Source: the human T2T-CHM13v2.0 reference genome, Homo sapiens. Taken from it: a DNA stretch of 64,000 nucleotides. The stretch lies in the NCBI RefSeq assembly GCF_009914755.1, contig NC_060938.1; one strand, 5' to 3'. The translations under genes and the position numbers were made by a program. How positions within the stretch are numbered: the first letter of the stretch is position 1; each line of letters opens with the position of its first letter. Below are positions 12,107 to 25,116 of this stretch, piece by piece. The notes under the pieces are model-generated. The model saw only the letters and a list, made by a program, of their open reading frames with translations. It was not told the DNA's origin and did no database searches.

Positions 12107-15100
12107 TTTTTGTGGATACTACATTGTCTTTATTACTGTAGTTTTACAGTAAACTTAAAAATAGGGAGTACATCTCCCAGCTGCATTCTGCATTTTTCAA
12201 TTTTTATTTTAGCTGTTGCAATTATTTTTCTCAAAGACATTTTAGAATTAGTTTGTCAATATTTACATATTCTTAATGAAATTTTGATTGCGATTGTGAT
12301 GAGTCTATAAATTAATTTAGGGAAAATTGAGCCTTTCCTATTCGAACATGATATATCTCTAAATTTATTTTGGTCTTAATTGATTTATTTAAGTGGTTTT
12401 CAGCAGAAAAGTGAGATACATTTTTAAAGTTTATATTTAACAGTTTTATTTGTTGGTGCTACTATTAATGGTGTTGTTTATTTAAATTCAAATTCCAGTT
12501 GTTCATTGCTAGTATGTAGGAATGAAAGTTGATTTTCACATAGTGATCTTGTATCTAGTACCCTTGCTAAACTCACTTAGAAGTTTCAACACTCTTTTCT
12601 TATTTTCCTTGGGATTTTCTGTATAGTCAATCATACTATCTGCAAGTTGAGACAACTTTATTTATTCCCTTCAAATCTATGTGCTTTTACTTTTTTATAT
12701 TTCCTTATTGACCTGGCTAGAATTAACAGCATGATGGTGAACAAGGGTGGTGATTATGGATATCTTTGCCTTATTACCAATCTGGGAAGAAAAGCATTTA
12801 ATTTTCATCATTGTGTCTGAGATTATTTAGAGTGTGTTACAAATGTTCTTTACAAGATTAAATATGTATCCTTTTGTTGCTGGGAGTTTTTATCTCGACA
12901 AAGTATTAAATTAAGCAAACAATTTGTTCTCTGTTGAGTTGACCATATATTTTCTCTTTAGTTTCTTATGAAATATATTGGTTGATTTTGAGTGGTGAAT
13001 TACCCTAGTATTCACAGTGTGGACGTGATTTGGTCATGATGTAATATCTTTTTTATAAAACAGTGGATTTATCAAATATACTTGCTTCTATGTTCATGAA
13101 GTATAATGGTCTGTGCTTTTTCTATTAATTATGTCTTTATTTAGTTTTGGTATCACAGCAGTACTGGCCCAATAAAATAAGTTGAGAAGAGTCACATGCT
13201 GTTCTATTTTCTGGAAGAGATTTTGTATACTTGGTATTATTTCATTTTTAAGTGATCTATAGAATTGACCAGTGAAACAATATGAGCCTGAGGTTTTCTT
13301 TGAACTATGAATTCAATATATTTAACAACCAGAGGACAACTTATTTTTCTTCTTCAGTAAATTTTGATAGGGTATATCTTTCAATAACCTGGGCCATTTC
13401 ATCTAAATTTTATAATGGGCAAAGGGTGGCTATCAGTCTTTCTTCTTATCTTCTTAATAATTGTAGACTCTTTAATGATTACCCTTTTTCAATTCTGAGA
13501 GTGGTAAGTTGCATTTGACTAAAGGTTAATCAATGTAGTGAGCTTTCCAAAGAAAAACAGCTTTTAGTTTCAGGTATTTTTTCTAGAGCATTTCTGATTC
13601 TATTTTTATTTCTGTTTTATGTTATTAAACGAACTTATCTTCATTTTTAGTTGCTTTCATTTAACTTGTTCATGATTTTCACCTTTCTTCTGGTAAAAGC
13701 TTAAAATTGACTTACAACCTTTCTTCCATTCCAAGTTAAATTTCTAATGCTGTGAATGTTACTGAAGCTACTTTCGATATGTTACTATTTTATGTTTATT
13801 CAGTTTAAAATATTTTCTAATTTTTCAGAGAGTTCTTTTTGTATTGTTGTGTTGTTTACAAGTGCATTATTTAATTCTAAGTGATTAAAATATTTTCTGT
13901 TATATGTCTGTTATTAGCTTCTTATGTAATTATGTTATAGTAAACAAAAATACTTTGTACAATTTATATTCTGTTAAATTTGTTAAGGTTTCTTTTATGG
14001 TCCAGATTATAGTATGTCTTGGTAATAATTTATGTTCACCTGAAAATAATTCTGCAGTTGTATGGAGTGTTCAATAAATATTAATTAAATAATGTTGCTG
14101 GATAGTGTAGCTTAGAGTTTCTGTAATCTTGATGTTTCCCTACTCTAAAAATTACCCAGAAATAAATGTTCAAGGATCCATAAGTAATTATGAATTTGCC
14201 TTTTTCTCCTTCAAATTTAGTAAGTTTTTGCTTTAATTATTTTGAAGCTGTGAAGTTAAAATATTGATGCACATTTTATATTGTTATTCTTCTTGGTGAA
14301 TCAACATTTTTATCATTTTTTAACAGCCCTCTTTTTTTCTGGGTGATTTTTTTGGTTCTAAAGTCTATTTTGTCAGATATTAACATAGCCATATGAGCTT
14401 TTGAAATTTGTGTTCATATATATACAGATTTTGTGTATAAATCTCTATTCTTTTTTTAAATAATTTTGTTCTCTTCTCTCTGTCTTCTGTATTCTGTAAT
14501 TGAGATCATTCTGTTTTGTTTTGTTGATGTTGTTTTATTTCAGATATTATAATTCTTCTTTCTAATATTTCCATCTGTTCTTTTTTAATAGTTTGTATTG
14601 ATCTGCCAAGAAATGTGACCTTTTGATTTATTTCAAGAATGTTCATTATTACTTCATGGAGCACAGTTGTTATAACTATGATAAAGTCTTTGACTAATAA
14701 TGTCAATATATGGGTCATTTCAGAGTTGGCTTAGTCTCTGGTAATTATCTTTTTCCTTGAGAATTTGCCATGGATTCCTTTTTCTTTGTATTTTGAGCAA
14801 TTTTGGATTCCATCCTAGATATGTATTATTTTCTTTACAATGTAAAGAATCTAGGTCTCTTTATAATCCTTTGTAGAGTGTTGATTTTATTTTTCTTTTA
14901 GAAAGGCATCAACCTGGTTGGGTTTAGGCTGTAATTCGTACCTTGCATTTTGTGCGTGGTCATTCCAATGTCAGTTTAATTTTTAGGGCATTTCTAGGTG
15001 CACATGGCCTTACCCATACATCTGTAGGTCAGACATAACAGCCTAAGGCTTAGGTAGGTTGCTTCATACAATACCAAGGGACCCCCTTTCCACAATATCT

Positions 15101-15418
15101 GGCTTCCAGAGTTATCTTTTTCTGGTACTCGGCCTATAATGCCAGGGTTTTTCTCAGAATTTTATCCCTCAGCACTATCTCATAGTCCTTGTGACTGGGA
15201 CGGGCATCTGGACATTACGGTTCAAGGAAAGAGAGGCAGAAAAGAAATAACAGAGATTCGCTTATGCTCTTTGACCCATGACAGATTTTTTTTTCGCTTT
15301 CTCTGTACAGAAATATTGCTGTCTGCCTCAAGGATTTACATGCGTGCACCACGGCTCTTGTTCCTGCAAATGAAGTTCTGCAACTGAGGTCACCTTCAGC
15401 AGTAAAAGAAAGAAAAAA

Positions 15419-15710
15419 GGCCGGGCGCTGTGGCTTATGCCTGTAATCTCAGCACTTTGGGAGGCCGAGGCAGGCGGATCACGAGGTCAGGAGATCGAGA
15501 CCATCCTGGCTAGCACAGTGAAACCCCGTCTCTACTAAGAATACAAAAAATTAGCCTGGCGTTGTGGCGGGTGCCTGTAGTCCCGGCTGCTCAGGAGGCT
15601 GAGGCAGGAGAACGGGTGAACCCGGGAGGTGGAGCTTGCAGTGAGCCGAGATCGTGCTACTGCACTCCAGCCTGGGCGACAGAGCCAGACTCCGTCTCAA
15701 AAAAAAAAAA
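15419..15710 (+). mobile_element. Full-length AluY
   Basis: gagatcgagaccatcctggcta, gtgaacccgggagg, ggagcttgcag; A tail; flanking repeat AAAAGAAAGAAAA. Confidence 0.93.
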
Positions 15711-15845
15711 GAAAGAAAAGGAAACACCTTTATTCCAGAGGTTCCTTTTCCTGGTGTCCTAGCCAGAAATAGATTGATACTGTCGTACCTCAATTCACTG
15801 TATAGCACTGCAGAGGGCTGCATTTATGAAAAATCTGGATGACAA

Positions 15846-15897
<52 letters not shown>

Positions 15898-15965
15898 TGG
15901 GAAATAATAATGAAATAATAATAATAACAATAATAATGAAATGGGAATAATGAAATAATAATGAA
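15846..15965. repeat. (AAT)16 plus a degenerate higher-order AAT repeat
   Basis: Perfect (AAT)16 at 15846-15893, then two AAATGGGA…ATAATGAAATAATAAT units. Confidence 0.95.
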
Positions 15966-16790
15966 ACGTTCCCTTGCCCCCCTTACCCCCTCGCTGCGGG
16001 GCATATGATGGGGGTGTGGTTCGCTTCTTAGGCGCCCATCTGCTCAAACCTCTAGGGGGAGCATGCAGACAGGCAGCTTGTGGGGCTCCGACCTCAGGGC
16101 AGTGTCTAGGGCTGAATGTTTACAGCTGAAGCTCCAGCGGGGGTGTGTTACAGTGTGCTCTTACAGTTTAGCCATCCATGGTCTGCTTGTGTTTATCAGC
16201 TCAATTAGACCCTCTGCCTTATCACAAGGAGAGAAGGCTTTCTGCATCCTGGGGCTCTTACCCTAGTGAACCGGAAAAATCGGATCACACGTGGGCTTGG
16301 AGAAGGAGTGCAAGGTTTTTTATTGAGTGGTAACTCTCAGCGAGGTGGATGGGGAGGCTGAAAGGGGGATGGAGTGGGAAGGTGGTTTTTCCCCTGGAGT
16401 CGGGCCTCGCGGCTTTTCACCGGGCTCTTCGGCTTCCCTGACCAAACTGCATTGTTCCCCTGGTCGGCCTGCTGCAGTCTGCTGGTGTCTGCCCATGTGT
16501 TCTTCTGCCGTGTGCTCCTTTCGACGTCCTCTCGATGTCCAGCCACTTGTGTGTTCTTCTGCCGCTGTGTTCCTCTGGTTGTCCAGCTGCTGTGTCTCTG
16601 CCCAGTAAGGGTCTTTATAGGCACAGGATGGGGGCATGGTGGGCCAGGGTGGTCTTGGAAAATGCAACATTTTGCCATAAAAACAGAAATGCCTGTCCTC
16701 ACCTAGGTCCGTGGACACAGGCCCGGGAGTGAAGCCAGAGTCAGGGACTATGCCCTTCCCTTCCCAGCACTTTCCTGTCCCCCTCACATA
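15962..16790 (-). mobile_element. LTR1-family (ERV1, HUERS-P2-associated) solo LTR
   Basis: Minus strand reads gtgctgggaagggaagggc…cacggacctaggtgaggacaggcattt…atcctgtgcctataaa (TATA) and later AATAAA (plus-strand tttatt ~16319-16324). Confidence 0.8.
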
Positions 16791-17001
16791 AGAAAGAGGA
16801 GGAGGAGGAGAATGGAGGAGGAGGACCCATGCTTGAAGAACAGAAGAAGAAGAAAAACTCACGCTTAAAGGACATTCTTCAAGCTTGGCTCCTATCTCCA
16901 TTCTACCTACTATTAACTTTTCAGAATCTTAAAGAAGTTGCTTTTTGTATTTCATTCAGAGATTTGAGATTAATACATGACAGATTGAGGTTGTAATGTA
17001 C

Positions 17002-17584
17002 TGTTTGGGCCTTGGAAAGTTTGCTGAAAAATCAACTTGCAAAGGCCAGTTTAATAGCAGAAAAGACATACAAATTTATTTAACTTGTATATATGAGAAA
17101 TTGTCCTTTTTTATGCTTACATTCAACAAAGTATAGACAACAAGGTAAAATATCATTGGACATAAGGGTCTGATCCAATGCTAATAGACAGAGTGGGGAA
17201 ACCCAGCAAGGCCTGTCTGCCTAGATTCTTTATGGCCCCTCTGTGCAGGATTTCTTCCTTCTAGGTGTGAGGCAGGACCCTCTCTGGGATCAGTCTTATG
17301 ATCTACAGCCAAACAAGGTAAGTGAGATAATTTCTTTGTGGACATTCTTCTTTACATATAAAAGAGGAGGGAAAGTTAGAGTAAGATTTTTGGGTATTAT
17401 GGCTGGCTTTGGTGGAAAATTCATTCTGGTTTCTATGACCTGCCTTGGGTAAGAGGGATGGTAGTTTTTATGGCTAGCCTCAAGAGAGAATGGGACTGAG
17501 AGAAGGAGGGCAGGAGAAGGTCAGAGAGAAGCACTTTTGTTTCCGAGGCCTTCATTTTGGGGCATTGTTTTCTGAGCCCCAACA
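17002..17584 (-). mobile_element. MER67/MER31-type ERV1 solo LTR
   Basis: Minus strand begins tgttggggctcagaaaacaatgccccaaaatgaaggcctc; TG…CA termini. Confidence 0.75.
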
Positions 17585-18131
17585 GGATCTACTCCATCTT
17601 GGCTGGCACTAGAAAATTTGCAAATGAGTTTTGTATCACTTGTATATTGCTTTGTTGTTAGACATTCAGATTTATATAAATTTTTCTATTACAGTGATGG
17701 GCATTTTATACACACATCTCTAATAGCCAGCCTCCATATTTGTTCACCTTTCTAATTATTAAGAGAAATTTCAAAGTGAAGCTACTAGGGCCAGGTTATA
17801 ATGAGATTTTAGAAATATGGTAAATCTTGGCATATTTCTCTCTAAAACAAAACCCAACCACTGATACAGAAAGTGCCTCCATTTCCTACTCTGAACAGCA
17901 CTGGGCACAATCACTTTTTAAAATAATATCTATACTGATAAGTAGAAAAAAAGTTTTGTTATTTTTTTTAATTTGTAGTTTCTGGTACTAGTGGGTTATA
18001 TTTTTAAACTATAGCTAATAACTTTTGACTTTTCTGCCTTATGGATTCTATTTAATTTATACCATGACCTACAGGATTAAATTCTATTTAATTTACACTA
18101 ATTCTTAAAAATTCATTTTAATTTTCTTCTT

Positions 18132-18581
<450 letters not shown>

Positions 18582-18744
18582 TTTTTTTTTTTTTTTGAGA
18601 GGGAGTCTCGCTCTGTTTCCCAGGCTGGAGTGCAATGGCTATTCACAGGCATAATCATAGCTCACTGCAGCCTCAAACTCCTGGGCTCGAACAGTCCTCC
18701 TGCCTACAGGTGTACACCACCATACCTAGCTAATGTGTGTGTGT

Positions 18745-18788
<44 letters not shown>

Positions 18789-18888
18789 ACAAGATATCAC
18801 TATGTTTCCCAGGCTGGTCTCAAACTTCTGGGCTCAAAAACTCCTCTGTCTCACCTCCCAGAATGCTGGGTTTACACTCCACCTGGCC
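18582..18888 (-). mobile_element. AluJ with an expanded (TG)n tract in the middle linker (18734-18787)
   Basis: atcatagctcactgcagcctcaaactcctgggctc (J-type); internal deletion in the right arm. Confidence 0.85.
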
Positions 18889-19220
18889 TGATTTACAACT
18901 ATGTTTAACATTATATTATAGATCTTAACAGTTTGCCACTTTTAATTCAACTGCTATTGTTTGCCTTTTTATTTTATTCAAATGCCTTTTTGTGGTCTAG
19001 TAAAATTTTTTACTTTTAATATAGTCACTCTATTGAAAATTTCTTATATTAGATTTCTACCTTGATGTTGCACTTAGAAAGCTCTTTACTGCCTCTTATT
19101 TACATAGAATTTACATATAGATTTTTCTAGTTCTTTTGGCACCCAAATTTTATTTGATGTAATATGTGAGGTAAAGATTTAATTTTTATTTCTTTTTAAT
19201 TCAAGCATTTTGAGAATGAT

Positions 19221-19327
19221 TGAGTTAATGGGTGCAGCACACCAACATGGCACATGTATGCATATGTAATAAACCTGCACGTTGTGCACATGTACTCTAG
19301 AACTTAAAGTATAATAAAAAACAAAAA
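19221..19327 (+). mobile_element. Extremely 5'-truncated L1PA (about L1PA5-7) 3' end
   Basis: tgagttaatgggtgcagcacaccaacatggcac…cacgttgtgcacatgtactctagaacttaaagtataataaaaa. Confidence 0.9.
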
Positions 19328-20858
19328 TTTGAAAAGTTTTTTTCTGATTAGCTATAGCCATTTAAAAGTATAGCCATTTAGTAGTCAAAAGATACATATA
19401 AATATTTGTTAGGAAGCTTCTGAAGCTTGTAATTAACTTACAGCTGTTTTGAGTTGATAATATTCTAGTCAAAAGTTAAGAATTTGGTCTACTCTAGACA
19501 GTCATGTGTTGGGCTGAATGTATGATTTTTTGATAAATCTTTTTGCGGTGTTAAAAACATCACTCAAATTCTTATTAGTACTTTGCAGCATCTTGCTTAC
19601 TTCGGTGGTTCATAAATTTGGGAAAGACAGAACTAAAATAGTACTCTTTATTTCTGAAAGTGATACAATGTGATTTCCTAAGAAGGGAAATTAATAGTGC
19701 GGGGGTGGGGGGCGTTATTTTTCTTGGGAAGAGGAATCAATCCAGTTGACTAAAGACCAGGATATTGTAATATATTAAAATCACATTCATTAGAAAATAT
19801 GTTTTTCAAACCTCATCTCCAACTCTCCTTTTACAAATCTTAAGCCATCAATGAAATAGTCCAGCAACAAATTGCATGAGCATTTCATGGGAGAAAAAAA
19901 ATGCAAACAATTAAATCATGACCACAGACAATTTTCTAACTTAGCTCTATGAAAGTGATTGAACTCACCTTCTCCCTAAATATTAACCAATTGTACTAAA
20001 ACATTCTTTCACCTGCCTTCTGACTGGCCTGAGTCGCAAGCACAGGATTGAACCTCTCCAAACTATATTTGCAGAGTGTTAGACAATAAACAATGAATCT
20101 CTTTTAAACTTAGAGGGGATAAAGCAGCTTTAGTATTCATGGGATGAGCTTCAGTATTGCCTTTTGTTTCCTGGAGCAATTTAGATTTTCAGTTATTGCC
20201 ACGGGCAGAAGCTTTGGGTGCTGGACTAAGCTTTGGCAGGTCAGGGCAATAAGACAAAAGGGAGGAGGGTGAAATCAGTTGAACCACAGGTGGAAAATAA
20301 CATTAGATTCTTGCAGACATAGTGCAATGAGGGTGTTAGCTGCTGAGTGTTGAAACATCCCATTAAAAGTTACAGTTTGGATGATCTCATCCCATTATTG
20401 TAATGGGACAGTTTATTAGATGGATGGTTTCCTTTTTATTGCTGGTCCGGTCTCACATGATGCTGGGGATTTTAGTATTGTATTCACATTGCAGTAGATT
20501 CTGAGCAAGAAGAAAATAAGGAAATAACTAGCTCTGAGAATAACTGGCCTAATCCTGGGTTATATTCATGTATAACTTTACCTGGAATTCCACCAAGCAA
20601 TGTGCCAAAGAATGACATATATATGGAAGAACAATTGAACAAATGCCGCAATGTAGCCTCAGGCTTAAATTAAACCTGAACAGAGACAAGATTGACAGAG
20701 GCAATTGGAGCTGCACAGATGTCTATCTGCAGTGGGTCAAGAGGGCTGGGAATTAAAGAATTCTAAAGTGGTCTGTGAAAGACAAGTACAGGAAGCCCAA
20801 ATCAGGAAAATAAAGTTTCTGCCTCACCTTAGCATGAAAATTTCAGTGAGCTGTCTTT

Positions 20859-21047
20859 GGGATTGTCAGATTTAGCAAATAAAAATACAGGACACCCTGT
20901 ATGTGAATTTCAGATAAACAATGAATAATGTTTCAGTCTAAATATGTCCCAAATATTGCATGACACACACTTACATTAAGGAAGTATTTGTTATTGATCT
21001 GAAATTCAAAATTAACTATGAATCTTATATTATGTGTGGTAAATATA
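20859..21047. mobile_element. MER3/MER33-type hAT MITE (internally palindromic)
   Basis: gtcagatttagcaaataaaaatacagg…gaatttcagataaac / gatctgaaattcaaa inverted pair. Confidence 0.75.
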
Positions 21048-23319
21048 ATCCAAACCAACTCCTACTTCCCTATTAATCCATGCTTTTTAGGTTAATAATC
21101 TGGGGTGGTCTGGGTCACGCTGAATCTCTTGAGACTTTTTCAGTTCTGATGAAAGAGAGTCTGTTGATGCTAGCTACAGCAAGTAGACTAGAAGATTCAG
21201 TGCAATTGCAGAACATGAACTTCTCTTAGGAAACTCGCAAATTTATCAGAGTCCTCTGATTATAGAATAAGTTTTTATCATACATATCAGTGAGCCTGAC
21301 TTAACCACTTCTGCTTTATTAAAATATTCTTAATAATGATGAAATACCATATTGACATGAGATTGACATAGTCTATCTCATCTCGGTCCTCACTGGTATG
21401 ATACAGTAGAAAGACTGTATCTACAAAAAATATACACTGTTGGAGAAATTAGGTAGTTTAAAATGATCGAAATCTTCTGAGGTTCCCCCTGGATTAGAAC
21501 CAATGAGAATCTCTAGATAAATATCATATCTAGATCATAGTAGTCTTAAATTTTCATAGTCCCTACAAGCTTTTCTCCACTCACTGCTGATATTATTTTC
21601 ATTCTTTAGGGCATGGAAAACACGCACATACAGTCTTGTGTGAAATAATTTTGTACATCCTGGTGATGAAGAATCATCCAATATTCACTGATAGGCTAAT
21701 GATTTTTTGACAAGTACACGTAGGTGATACAAGATATGCAGAATAACTGTGTCTTAACCTAGTTTGGACACAGGTAAAAATTTCTGGAAAAATAATTAAT
21801 CTTCAAAAATAAAACATCATTTCTTTGTAATAAGCTAATATGAGTAACATGAGATGAAGTTAAAATTGTACTCAACAGTTCTCCCTTTAAGACCTGCCTT
21901 GCAGCATTGGGGCAGTGAGTCATTGGTCCAGGTGTGTGTATTTCACCCTCCTGTCCTTGGACCAAGGTGGTCTGCAGTGAGTGGAGACTGAGTTTATGCT
22001 CTCCCTAGAATGGAGGTACAGAACTGCCTCTCCCACCCACTCTGACTTTCTTGATTGAAGGGACATGTATTCTCCCAGGTGGCTGAGTCTCTACTTATTG
22101 ATGATGATATCACTTATCAGCTTCGGGTGTAATAAGCTGCCTTATTGACTTCTGCCTTGTCACTCCTGCAGCTAGCTCCTTGTCACAGGCATCACTGCAT
22201 TGCATCAGTCTGTCTTTGCTTTATTGGTTTATTGATAGTTCCATCCATCTTCTCCAAGAAGTTGACAGGCTGACATTTGCCTCTTCTTTCTTCCTGCAAT
22301 ATTACAGCCTGCGGGATAGCTGCCTGAAGTCCCCAGAGTTTCTCCGATGGCCAGTATGCAATCCTCCCCACTACACTGAGGGATGCTACAAATTTCTGTT
22401 GCAAAATATGGAATCGCTGAAAAATCTTTTTCTGAAAGATTTGAGGTGCTGAGGTGCAAGAAGAGACTATTATTTGCCCTAGTAACGATGACAAAAGAGC
22501 TTCAGACTGTTTTTGCTGGTGTTCCCTGCGAGAGCTCTCTGATTGTTGCACTGACAGAGCCATATTTACCCCCAGATATCAAAGCAGAGTCAAATAGCCA
22601 CAGGGGTGTGAACTGGTTCCCTTCCACTTTGTGCAACATCAAAACCATGTCAGAGGAGCTCTGACAACAAGAATCTTTAGTACTGATAGAAAGAAAAAAT
22701 TAATTCCTACTACAAAAATCATTGAGTTTCAAAGACAAAATAATGATAACCTGATTCCTTTTTAAAATGAAGGTCAGTGTTTATGCCTGTGGCAGGTGGG
22801 GAAATCATTTGACTTGTAAACTCAGCATGTTTGACCTAGAACTTTCCAAAGAATGAAACAGCATGATGTAATAGAAGCTTTTATGAGAAAAGAAAATATG
22901 GATTATATAATGGGAAAGTTTTCAGGGGTCCACACTGTTATATATCATTAAACATGTATTGTTATCCCATCCTTATTAGCTCTTATCCATAAACACCACC
23001 CAGACAACAGCTGTAGAAGATAAATCAAGTTCTATTAGGTGCACCCAAAAGTATAGTTTTAAAAAAGTTTTTCTTTAACTCAAATTGGTGACTTTAGGAA
23101 TTTGTAGTATTCTATGGATGAGCTTCACACCAAAACTCGTTAAATATGTTGTTTTCTTTTGCAGAACTACAAATGCCTGCCAGGGGTGTTGGAGAAGAAG
23201 TTTTAAAAGTGGGAACAAGAGCTTTTAGCCATTAAATAATGATGATTGTTACATGACTATTGAATGATTTACTTTTTATTAAAATCTGTATTAAAATTTC
23301 TGGAACTTAAATTTTAATT

Positions 23320-23430
23320 TCTTAGTGACAGATGAAGAAATTGAGGCATCAGAAAGATAATTGAGTTACCAAAGTGGACACAGCTAGAAAGTAAGATCAT
23401 CTAGTCCTGCTTTCTCTTCCTCAAAGCCCA
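23320..23430 (+). mobile_element. MIR core fragment
   Basis: acagatgaagaaattgaggcatcagaaag…cacagctagaaagt. Confidence 0.6.
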
Positions 23431-24299
23431 GTCTGGTAACTGCTGCATGGCTTTATCTGCACCTGATGAATATAAATCTCAGTTTTTTATTCTTAAAGGT
23501 TGAATATTGAGATATCTTAAGCACACCATTTTATGTCTGGGAAGAACAATAAACGCAAGCTTTAAACTAATTTGATGCTTCAGAATGATAAAGGAATGGA
23601 GCAAATAAAAAAGTAATTATGAGAAGCTGGTAAAATGTCAATAGAGAAATCTTTTATTTTTTAATCTAAAACATGGCAACATAAATTTACATTCAACTCA
23701 TTTCTCCATGGTTTCACAAAAACAACTAAAGGGTCCCCACCATTACCTCACCAACTTTAAAAGTCTCTCTCTATTATGGGTTTATTCCATGCTATAATTG
23801 TTCTTGGAATATGAAATTTAGTATTCTATACTCACTCTTCCCTATTAACAAATATTTAGAACTTACTTGACATTTTGTTTTTTACTTTCTTCAAAGATGG
23901 CAGAATAGGACATTTTTAATAACAATGCCCAGAACAGCATAACATTATATGTGAATAGCTTAATATCCACAGTAACATGAACTCAACATTATATATTCAA
24001 ACAGACACTTTAAGTCAAGAATAGTATCCTCATATCAGAAACTAAATACAACTACATGACGTGTTTCCACAAAGAATTGATAAACCACAACAAAGGGGGA
24101 AAAGTCTTTGCTCCATGAATCGAGTAATAGTAATGACTTAAAAACAAACTGGAAAGCGTCATGCTGATAAAATATGACATATGCAGTTATTTACTAGAAT
24201 TATTACTTCACTCTCAAGTATCCACATAATAACCTCTTTTCTCTGATCTCCTGTCCTGGCATAAAGAGAACACTAAGTTAGAGCTGAGCATTCTATATT

Positions 24300-24658
24300 T
24301 GCTATGGTCTAAATGTTTGTGTCTTCCCAAAACTCCTGTTGAAAACCTAACCCCCAAGGCAATGGCGTTAGAAGATGGAGCATTTTAAGAGGCAATTACT
24401 TTTTGAGAGTGCAACTCTCATGAATGGAATTAGTTCCTCTATAAAATCGGTCGAGGGAGCTCACCTACTTTTCTTCTGTGTGAGAACACAGTGGGAAGGT
24501 GCCATCCACAAGAAAACAGGTTCTCACCAGACACTGATTCTGCCAGTACCTTGATCTTGGACTTCCCAGTCTCCAGAACTATGAGGGATATATTTTTGTT
24601 ATTTGTAAACTACCCTGCTTATGATATTTTGTAATAGCAGCCTAGATTATCTAAGACA
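24300..24658 (+). mobile_element. MLT1A-type solo LTR
   Basis: tgctatggtctaaatgtttgtgtc…ctaagaca; 5-bp TSD ATATT at 24295-99 and 24659-63. Confidence 0.88.
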
Positions 24659-25116
24659 ATATTCATTTTCTAGGGCTTCCATAACTAATTACTGTAAACT
24701 GGTTGGCTTAAAATAACAGCATTTTATTATCTTAGAGTTCTGGAGGCTAGAAGTCAAAAATCAAGGTGTCTGCAGGACCATACTTTCTGTAACACTCTTG
24801 GTAAGATCCTTCCTTGCCTTTTCCTAGCTTCTTGTGGTAGCCAGCAATCCTTGACCATTCCTTGGCCTTCATCTGAGCCAGTTCAGTTTGTGCTTCCATC
24901 TTCATGTTCTCTTCTCAGTGTGCATGTCTGTCTCTGTGTCCAAATTTCCCCTTTTCATAATAACATCAGTCATACTGGATTAGGGCCCACCTTAATGACC
25001 TCAGATTAACTTGATTGCTTCCATAAAGACCCTATTTTCAAGAAAAGTCACATTCTGGGGTACTGAGAGTTAGGACTTTAACATTTTTTTTTGTGAACAC
25101 AATTCAGTGCATAACA
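24659..25116 (-). mobile_element. MLT1B/C-type solo LTR
   Basis: ttttctagggcttccataac…gttctggaggctagaagtc…ggattagggcccacc…acacaattcagtgcataaca. Confidence 0.85.

Larger units (their letters stand above)
10620..17610 (-). mobile_element. Ancient L1M tract(s), antisense, from 3' UTR through decayed ORF2 to 5'-region remnants; interrupted by an STR, AluY, LTR1 and a MER67-like LTR
   Basis: T-rich L1M hallmarks (attgttgagtagtattccattg, ttttgagagttctttatatattttggatataagtcc, gttctattttctggaagag); 5'-type end ctactccatcttggctggcactagaa at ~17589-17614; may be more than one element. Confidence 0.7.

Noticed and set aside
15790-16047. Poly-Tyr and poly-Ile ORFs
   Set aside because: Frames of the (AAT)n microsatellite
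16320-16901. 193-aa ORF and overlapping ORFs
   Set aside because: Lie within a GC-rich solo LTR; no recognisable domain
20356-20408. CATCCCATTA direct repeat and TCCCATTA-TTG-TAATGGGA hairpin
   Set aside because: An 8-bp stem is expected occasionally in 64 kb of AT-rich DNA
23140-23170. Good-looking splice acceptors (also ~53186 and ~56635)
   Set aside because: No matching donor or coding frame; such motifs are common in T-rich DNA
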